This document shows positions 57,455-64,000 of a stretch of DNA of 64,000 bases, piece by piece. The number at the start of each line of letters is the position of its first letter. Position 1 is the stretch's first letter. Location of the stretch: the IMG/VR virus record IMGVR_UViG_3300020190_000008; one strand, written 5' to 3'. A program made the translations under genes and the position numbers. The notes below the pieces were generated by a model. It worked only from the letters and a program-made list of their open reading frames with translations. It was not told where the DNA came from and did not search any database. Source of the DNA: a virus.

Positions 57455-57466
57455 ATATTATAAATA

Positions 57467-58072
57467 TTAAAATAAACCACCAGGTTTACGGCTATCATAT
57501 ATGTCCCTTATATCATTTCTTAATCCATATATAATGTGATTTCTAAATTCGGTATATAAATCATAATTTTCTCCACGAATATCACGATTTATTAAATTAT
57601 CCGAAACATACATTAATGTTACTTTTGCAAGATATTCAACATAACGTTGAAAGAAATCAAATTTTGTGGGGTCAACCCTTTTTAAATGTCTATTAAGTTC
57701 TTCTTCAACAGCTGGGAGTCTTCTAACAAAATCAATCTTTGATTCATTTAATGAACTTCCACACTTACGTCTGAATACATCAATAATTTGCTCGGTATAA
57801 TGTTCTCTAGCATAATCATCTATCAATTCAAGATCCATAGTTGCTCCCCCCTTATCTGTGTTGTCGTGAAAAAAATCCCAGTTTCGGTCAATAAGTTCTT
57901 CAATTGATCTATCAATAAGATTTGTTGTAAAACTATCTTCATCATAAACCTTACACCACCAAGCAAATTTAAGATTGGCTTTATAACCTTCAATCTGATC
58001 TTCAACAATTTCAATGAATTGCCCAAGTAATCTAAGTAAATGTATTTGATTTTCAGTTATAAGGATTTTCAT
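57467..58072 (-). CDS. two-domain RR-family protein with leader
   Basis: MKILITENQ; internal LNE followed by DFVRR. Confidence 0.7.
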   Translation of the reverse strand: MKILITENQIHLLRLLGQFIEIVEDQIEGYKANLKFAWWCKVYDEDSFTTNLIDRSIEELIDRNWDFFHDNTDKGGATMDLELIDDYAREHYTEQIIDVFRRKCGSSLNESKIDFVRRLPAVEEELNRHLKRVDPTKFDFFQRYVEYLAKVTLMYVSDNLINRDIRGENYDLYTEFRNHIIYGLRNDIRDIYDSRKPGGLF

Positions 58073-58422
58073 AGATTCATATATTTTAAATATTCTGGGT
58101 CCAATCTTCTTAGTATTATATTAAGAACACTTTTTGGTAAATCTTTAATTGGAATTAATATATTTGATTCAAAGTCACCTGGAACATTCCTATCTTCATC
58201 ATAATGTATTTCTTCACCATGAACAAAGGGATATCTAGAAAAAAGTTGAAATAGGACATTTTGCGTATCAAAATGAATTTCAGTAATGTAAACAACATCT
58301 TCTTCTTTAAATAATTCAATTCCCAATTGAGCAACCAACTTTTTTGGGACTTCATAATATAAAAAATCAGTTTCGGTTGGTGTATATTCTTCTTTAAGGA
58401 TTTTTCTAATTAGGGATTTCAT
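58069..58422 (-). CDS. leader-bearing hypothetical protein
   Basis: MKSLIRKILKE. Confidence 0.65.
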   Translation of the reverse strand: MKSLIRKILKEEYTPTETDFLYYEVPKKLVAQLGIELFKEEDVVYITEIHFDTQNVLFQLFSRYPFVHGEEIHYDEDRNVPGDFESNILIPIKDLPKSVLNIILRRLDPEYLKYMNL

Positions 58423-58423
58423 A

Positions 58424-58708
58424 TTAACACAACATTCTTTTATTTGATTCGTATTGTTTATGTATATAATCAAACATAAATGTCATAACAAATTCAATTA
58501 CCTTTTGTTGAAATCCATTAGGAATAATACCATTTCTATCCAAATTTTTTTCAATATCATTTAAAACATTATCGTAGTAATCATAAAAATCATACTTACA
58601 AAAATCTTCATCTTGTGCACCATAATTACAAGCCAACTCAACAAGTCTTTCAATATCTTGTTTTCTTCTAATAAAAAATATTTGGTCTTTAGATAATTTT
58701 GATTTCAT
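58424..58708 (-). CDS. RR-family small protein
   Basis: FFIRR...DFCKY. Confidence 0.65.
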   Translation of the reverse strand: MKSKLSKDQIFFIRRKQDIERLVELACNYGAQDEDFCKYDFYDYYDNVLNDIEKNLDRNGIIPNGFQQKVIEFVMTFMFDYIHKQYESNKRMLC

Positions 58709-58765
58709 ATAAGATAAATATTAGAACAAATAAAAAACCCACCTTTGTGTGGTGGGTTTAAATAA

Positions 58766-59260
58766 TTAAAAATCGGTATCATCATATGATATTGACCTTG
58801 GGTCAATATCACTAGCATCAATACCATTACTTTCAAAAGCTTTTAAGACCTTTTTAGCATCCGTTCTTGTTTTTGGTAAAGATGGATAATCACCACTTAA
58901 ATAAAACTCCATTTCACCTAGATATTTGTTTATCATAAATGTTTTTTTATTTCCAGTTTCAAGGTCTTCTGTTTTCATCGCATAACTCATAGAATAACTA
59001 GGTTCCCCTTCAACACTATTAATTCTTACGTTTAAAGTTTGTTCTTCATCTTTATATTTTACAACCATTGTAACATTACCTGTTTCTTGGTTTAAACCAA
59101 ATTCTTTTCCGTGTTCACGAAATCTATTACCTAATTTTGAATAACCTCTTTGATTTGCATTATCTGCGGCTCTTTCATATGTGGACCTATCAAGTTCCAT
59201 AATTGTTCTTTTAACAATTCTTGCAAGATCTGATTCTGTAAGTCTTATAATTTTTTTCAT
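58766..59260 (-). CDS. leader-bearing hypothetical protein
   Basis: MKKIIRLTESDLARIVKRTIME. Confidence 0.75.
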   Translation of the reverse strand: MKKIIRLTESDLARIVKRTIMELDRSTYERAADNANQRGYSKLGNRFREHGKEFGLNQETGNVTMVVKYKDEEQTLNVRINSVEGEPSYSMSYAMKTEDLETGNKKTFMINKYLGEMEFYLSGDYPSLPKTRTDAKKVLKAFESNGIDASDIDPRSISYDDTDF

Positions 59261-59264
59261 AATT

Positions 59265-59663
59265 TTAATATTTCTCCATTTGAGTTCTACAAAACGCCTT
59301 ACCATTTTTTGACATAAAAATAAATCTTTCAATGTGAGGAGCATTTAGTCCAATTGAAACGTCGTCCATCAAAGGAATAATCCGTGGCATTTCACCGGGT
59401 TTAAGTGGAATTGTTAGTTCAGGACTAGCACCACCTTCAAGGAAGTCAATACATTCAGGTAAATTGGGATTTTCGAATGACTTATAATCTATATTTCCTG
59501 ACGGAGTTTGTCCTGACTTGACAACATCAGATGGAGGTATTGATACTGTTTTTGGTATTGTTATTGGTTCTTTTGGTATTGATATTGGTTTTGGTTGTTC
59601 AGTTAATGGTTTAACTTCCCCCATTGTTGATTCCAATAATTGTTTAAATCTATTTAGTTCCAT
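59265..59663 (-). CDS. leader-bearing hypothetical protein
   Basis: RFKQLLESTMGEVKPLTE. Confidence 0.7.
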   Translation of the reverse strand: MELNRFKQLLESTMGEVKPLTEQPKPISIPKEPITIPKTVSIPPSDVVKSGQTPSGNIDYKSFENPNLPECIDFLEGGASPELTIPLKPGEMPRIIPLMDDVSIGLNAPHIERFIFMSKNGKAFCRTQMEKY

Positions 59664-59731
59664 AATATAATTTTATATATAAATATATCATAAAACAAAA
59701 AACTCCACTCTTTATTAGATGGGGAATTGAA

Positions 59732-59911
59732 TTACAAACGAGATGCCGCTTCCATAAGATATCTTAACTTATTTTCCAGTTCACGAATTTCTTTTAATTG
59801 TCTTTCGTTTAACTCAAGGGATTCCCCCCTTATTGAAGAGATTTTATTTTGAGTTCTTGTATATTCAATCATTAGTTGATTATACTTCTGCGCTTTTTGT
59901 TCGTTGTTCAT
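59732..59911 (-). CDS. 59-aa coiled-coil protein
   Basis: hand translation MNNEQKAQKYNQLM...ASRL. Confidence 0.6.
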   Translation of the reverse strand: MNNEQKAQKYNQLMIEYTRTQNKISSIRGESLELNERQLKEIRELENKLRYLMEAASRL

Positions 59912-60156
59912 AATTTATATATAGTTGAAATATTTTAAAAGGAAATAAAAAACCCCACTGATAAGAATGGGGTTTTAAAATATTAACTTTTTATTTATCT
60001 ATAATATTTTCTGTTTAATAACTCAACATTATAACAATCGTCAACACCCTTTTTTTCTTCCAATTCACTACCTGACATAGTACCTAATCATAATAATTAT
60101 TTATGTAGTTGTAGATAACATCTCTTAATTTATATTCAGTGATAATATATTTCATA

Positions 60157-60753
60157 TTACATAAACATTCCGTCAATTCCGTGACGTTTAAATAATTTAC
60201 TTCTTCTCTTACAAGAAGAACGTCTTTTACCTCCACTTTTAGAAACTATAGCAACAATAATAATTATAAGTAAAATCGCTCCAATCGCGATAAGAACACT
60301 TGGTCCTAATGAAACACCTGCGATTGTTATTAAGGCCGTTTCAACTTGTTCATTCATTGGTTGAGTCTCATCTTTAACTTGGACTGTTGTTGTTTGGGTT
60401 GTTGACGTATCTCCTTTAACTTGGTCTTTAGCTTTAAAAATTGCGTTTTTTAATGAAAATAAAGTTTGTTTAAGATTACCTCTATTTTCAGGATTATTGG
60501 CCCAATCCCAAACCCTTGCAATGATACCATTATTAGTCTCATCATCTGTTTGTGGAATACAAGTGGGTTCGTTTGAATCGACAACATCGTCAAGTTTAAC
60601 TACGTTATAGTTAATACCTGTTGTCTCCATTTCTTTTTTAGCATCCATTGCAACCCTAACAGAGTTAACAACTTCAGATTCCTCAGTAATCACTTGTTTA
60701 TACAAATCCATAATTTGTTTTTTCTCATCCTCAGTCACTAAAAATCTTTTCAT
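60157..60753 (-). CDS. leader-bearing protein with C-terminal TM helix
   Basis: FLVTEDEKKQIMDLY leader; TM helix followed by a basic tail. Confidence 0.7.
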   Translation of the reverse strand: MKRFLVTEDEKKQIMDLYKQVITEESEVVNSVRVAMDAKKEMETTGINYNVVKLDDVVDSNEPTCIPQTDDETNNGIIARVWDWANNPENRGNLKQTLFSLKNAIFKAKDQVKGDTSTTQTTTVQVKDETQPMNEQVETALITIAGVSLGPSVLIAIGAILLIIIIVAIVSKSGGKRRSSCKRRSKLFKRHGIDGMFM

Positions 60754-60800
60754 TTTATTATTACATTTTTTCTATTTTTATTTTAATTATAAATACTCAA

Positions 60801-60871
60801 AATTTTAGAAAAAATTTTCCAAAAATTTTTTTTTGAATATTGGGGTTAATTTATAAATGGGGGTCGTGTTT
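60801..60871. repeat. about 70-bp intergenic repeat, copy 1
   Basis: phased A/T tracts-GAATATTGGGGTT-N-GGGGGTCGTGT. Confidence 0.85.
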
Positions 60872-60882
60872 CTGTAGAAAAA

Positions 60883-61188
60883 CTATTCATCACAGTAGCC
60901 GTCAGAAATCCAAAAATCATAATGGTTTGTTATAACTTTTAAAAATTTTTTTTTAATAAAATCAAAAATAAATTCTTCACCAACGGGACTTATATTATTT
61001 AGTTCGTCATATGAATTTATAAATGTTATATTAGACCCATAAACAATTACGTTTATAAAACCCTCCCTATCATCAATAAAATTGCATGGGTCCTCATAGT
61101 CAAATCCTTCTCGGACAATTCTATCTATGTAACTCAATATTTCAGGATTATTCATCCTTCTTACAAACCATAATAAACTTTTTTCAAT
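60883..61188 (-). CDS. RR-family protein (probable ATT start, or start lost)
   Basis: IEKSLLWFVRR aligns with MDKGLVFLLRR; DPCNF. Confidence 0.55.
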   Translation of the reverse strand: MEKSLLWFVRRMNNPEILSYIDRIVREGFDYEDPCNFIDDREGFINVIVYGSNITFINSYDELNNISPVGEEFIFDFIKKKFLKVITNHYDFWISDGYCDE

Positions 61189-61312
61189 ATAGAGATAAAT
61201 ATTAATCAATTCAAAAAACGCGGCCAGACCGAAGACCAAGAAAATCACGGACGAAGTCCGGGTTCGGTTTATACCCCCATTGTAAAAGGAAGAAAATTGA
61301 AATTATGATAAT

Positions 61313-61852
61313 TTAAGCAAATGAAACTTTACTTTTAATTGATTCAAGACCCTTACCAGTAGCCTCAACCCAATTAGGATATTTTTTTACATACTGGGTA
61401 TTTTCTTTTCCCTTAAAATAGTATTTACCATTTTCCAATTTATAATCATACGCCTTATCAAATGTTGTATTTACTTTTCCTTTTTCAATTTTTTTCATAC
61501 TATCAAGAAGTTTTGTTGAATCATCACCTTTTGCAGTAATCTCACCTTCAGCATCATCGTTACAATACCCATCACCTTTTTTACAAACCCAAACTGGAAT
61601 TTGTTTTTCTTCCATATACTTTTTTAAAGTATCATTAAAATCTTTATCTTGCCAGTTTCCAGTTTGTGCTGCGGATAAATTTATATTATAGTATGAATTT
61701 AAAAATTGTGCTTTCTTTTTGGTGAATTGTGCTTTTTGACTACCAGCCGCTTCTGGGGTTAGAGGTTCCCCAATTTTTTCAAGTATTAGTTTATTTTCTA
61801 ATCTTTTATTAGCTTCTTGTATGTGTCTAATTTTTGATTGACTTCTATTCAT
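61313..61852 (-). CDS. leader-bearing hypothetical protein
   Basis: MNRSQSKIRHIQEANKRLE. Confidence 0.7.
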   Translation of the reverse strand: MNRSQSKIRHIQEANKRLENKLILEKIGEPLTPEAAGSQKAQFTKKKAQFLNSYYNINLSAAQTGNWQDKDFNDTLKKYMEEKQIPVWVCKKGDGYCNDDAEGEITAKGDDSTKLLDSMKKIEKGKVNTTFDKAYDYKLENGKYYFKGKENTQYVKKYPNWVEATGKGLESIKSKVSFA

Positions 61853-61892
61853 AATATATTCTTTAGTAATAAATATAACAAAAGAAATATAA

Positions 61893-62381
61893 TTACTTAC
61901 TTCCTTTTTTTAGATTATCTTCTTTCCATAGGGGTTGAAGGTTTTTATAATGACATAGTCCAATAACCTCATCTTCGGTATTGGCAAGGGATAGTGGTTT
62001 AATATGGTCAATATGCCAAAGACCATAATTATCCCAGGACATACCTGGTTGAAATAAAGATTCAAAATGTGTTTTTACAACATTCCACTCTTCCCCCAAT
62101 ATCATATATGTTTTTGTTTTTTTGGAATACCCTCTACGTTTGAATGATTTTCTAACTGACTGTCTTATTAGTTGTTTGAAATTGGTAATGGGACACTGAC
62201 GTTCTTTTTTTCGTTTTCTTAAAACATCATACTCCCTACACTTCTTATCATATTCCGGATCTAACCTTTGAAGTTTCTTTCTTTTATAACGTTCCTTATT
62301 TTCACAGGTCTTACAAGTATTTCTATTTCTATATTCAGATTGGTCTTTTTGTAAATTACAGACATTACATATTTTTGACAT
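61893..62381 (-). CDS. HNH endonuclease with N-terminal Zn-ribbon
   Basis: CxxC..CxxC; WHIDHIKP....HY.NLQPLW..DN..K. Confidence 0.85.
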   Translation of the reverse strand: MSKICNVCNLQKDQSEYRNRNTCKTCENKERYKRKKLQRLDPEYDKKCREYDVLRKRKKERQCPITNFKQLIRQSVRKSFKRRGYSKKTKTYMILGEEWNVVKTHFESLFQPGMSWDNYGLWHIDHIKPLSLANTEDEVIGLCHYKNLQPLWKEDNLKKGSK

Positions 62382-62395
62382 AAAACAAATATAGG

Positions 62396-62464
62396 AATTT
62401 CCAGAAAAAATTCCAAAAAATTTTTTTTGAATATTGGGGTTATTTTCTAGAAGGGGGTCGTGTC
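62396..62464. repeat. about 70-bp intergenic repeat, copy 2
   Basis: same architecture as copy 1. Confidence 0.85.
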
Positions 62465-62546
62465 TTTAGACCGACACGTTAGTGGAGTGTTTTATGGAAA
62501 ATAAAAAACCCCCTATTTGTTGTAGAAAGGGGGGGGGGGGAAAAAG

Positions 62547-62930
62547 TTAATCGCATTTTTTTTGGTCGGAACATTCATGTTGTTGTCTCGGTTTATCAAC
62601 AACTTTAGGAACACATTTTTTATTTACACATTTACAATAGTAATATTTTGAATCGACAATTCTACCGGCCATATCTTTATCGGGGTAATCATCAGCCACA
62701 GCATAACCTAAAGTACCATCTTTGAACCATTTATAATCTAGTTTTTCACCATGTTCATTTGTGTGAGCTTTTCTAACTAATATATAATTACTTCCGTTTT
62801 TATTACTAGTTACTTTACCTCCATCCGCAGACCTAACACAAATAGGGAAATCATTTATGTCTTCATTTATCAAAGGTTTAACATTCCCCATTTGTGATTC
62901 TAATAATTGTTTAAATCTATATTTTTCCAT
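62547..62930 (-). CDS. leader-bearing Cys-rich protein
   Basis: RFKQLLESQMGNVKPLINE followed by DFPICVR. Confidence 0.7.
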   Translation of the reverse strand: MEKYRFKQLLESQMGNVKPLINEDINDFPICVRSADGGKVTSNKNGSNYILVRKAHTNEHGEKLDYKWFKDGTLGYAVADDYPDKDMAGRIVDSKYYYCKCVNKKCVPKVVDKPRQQHECSDQKKCD

Positions 62931-62959
62931 AATAATTTTATTTAATAATAAATACCCAG

Positions 62960-63029
62960 ATTTTCTAAAAAATTTTTCCAGAAATTTTTTTACGAATATT
63001 AGGATTATTTTAAAATGGGGGTCGTGTTT
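62960..63029. repeat. about 70-bp intergenic repeat, copy 3
   Basis: same architecture as copy 1. Confidence 0.85.
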
Positions 63030-63037
63030 GTGGGAAA

Positions 63038-63832
63038 CTATTTAGGTATTAATCCATTACTTTGGAAAGATTCAACAGTAACTAATGGAGATTTATTACT
63101 AACGGTAATTTTATCATTGAGTGGGCAAGATGTTTCGTTACACTCGAATGCTCCTAGATAGAAAAATCTTTCCCCTCCGACATTTTCAGCTCCCCTACTA
63201 GCCAAAATAATATTCCTATCTTTTCCATTTATATCCTTGAAATTCATATTAACTTGGTTTTCTTTTGTGTTAAAAGAAATACTTTTTGGGTTTGATTTAA
63301 ACGGTTCATATTCTTTAAATTTAACATAAGTTTGATAAAGGATTGCCTGTTCATTATTTCCCGTTGTAACAACATTTCTTAAATTGAAGGTTTCTTGGGT
63401 AAATTGTGAAACCGTTTCAGTACCATCTTGTTTTGTATGTAAAACAAAATTTGATGTATCATTTAAATCATTTCCATTTGACCTACAAACAAAACAGTTT
63501 GTACCATCTTTAATGTCTGTTATTTTTAATTTCTTAGCATAATCAGATTTGTCAACAAAACAATAAATTGCACTTAAATTCCCAAGATTTAATTTGGTTT
63601 TTATTTGATATATTTTAATAGGTTGTGTTAAACCACTTAAATTTATAATGTTGTTCACAACATTACCATCAAACAAATCATTGGTGTTTGTTTTTATTTC
63701 ATCTGGTAAGTTGTTAAATGGTGGAATAGAATAAATCGTATTTTCTTCTTCAGTTATTAAGGGTTTAACATTCCCCATTGTTGACTCAATTAATTGATAA
63801 AATCTTTTATTATATTCATTAATTGTTCTCAT
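63038..63832 (-). CDS. leader-bearing hypothetical protein
   Basis: RFYQLIESTMGNVKPLITE. Confidence 0.7.
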   Translation of the reverse strand: MRTINEYNKRFYQLIESTMGNVKPLITEEENTIYSIPPFNNLPDEIKTNTNDLFDGNVVNNIINLSGLTQPIKIYQIKTKLNLGNLSAIYCFVDKSDYAKKLKITDIKDGTNCFVCRSNGNDLNDTSNFVLHTKQDGTETVSQFTQETFNLRNVVTTGNNEQAILYQTYVKFKEYEPFKSNPKSISFNTKENQVNMNFKDINGKDRNIILASRGAENVGGERFFYLGAFECNETSCPLNDKITVSNKSPLVTVESFQSNGLIPK

Positions 63833-64000
63833 AGTATTTTGTTTAATTATAAATATAAACAATCCGAAAAAAAGGGGCGGGGGGGATTGACAACGACCGA
63901 AGGGAGTCCGAGAAGGTCGGTCCGTGTTATTTTTAATCTAAATCTCTTACAATATACTTTCTTATAATGTATGTTATATATGAAACGGGAAAGTAGTCCA

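Noticed and set aside
60801-63029. 70-bp repeats as a CRISPR array
   Set aside because: Separated by whole genes, degenerate, and no cas genes in the window.
1-64000. Genome-wide stop-codon reassignment
   Set aside because: Conserved genes are full length in code 11, and TGA and TAG terminate genes at sensible positions.

Overview
AT-rich segment of a large T4-like (huge/jumbo) tailed phage genome. The host is most likely Bacteroidetes (Flavobacteria-like), based on TAnnTTTG promoters, a Bacteroidetes-type bS21 and a T9SS type-B C-terminal domain. Most genes are on the minus strand and use standard code 11. 0.2-11 kb: head morphogenesis (prohead protease, portal, large terminase, acidic/Pro-rich core-like proteins) with an inverted rpsU. 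11-17 kb: proteostasis/rescue module (double-UVR protein, N-domain-less ClpC, M28 peptidase, tmRNA with an unusual tag). 17-23 kb: RNA-rich region (about 850-nt GOLLD-like RNA, aberrant tRNA-like elements, small structured RNAs, tRNA-Arg). 23-64 kb: accessory region. The most striking pattern is that more than 30 otherwise unrelated proteins carry a small set of interchangeable N-terminal (sometimes C-terminal) amphipathic leaders rich in [ILV]-x-E sites, most preceded by a TATTTAT motif. I interpret these as a modular capsid-targeting/prohead-protease-cleaved system for packaging diverse cargo (peptidoglycan enzymes, a metalloprotease, polymorphic proteins). All family calls come from motif recognition by eye; no searches were run.
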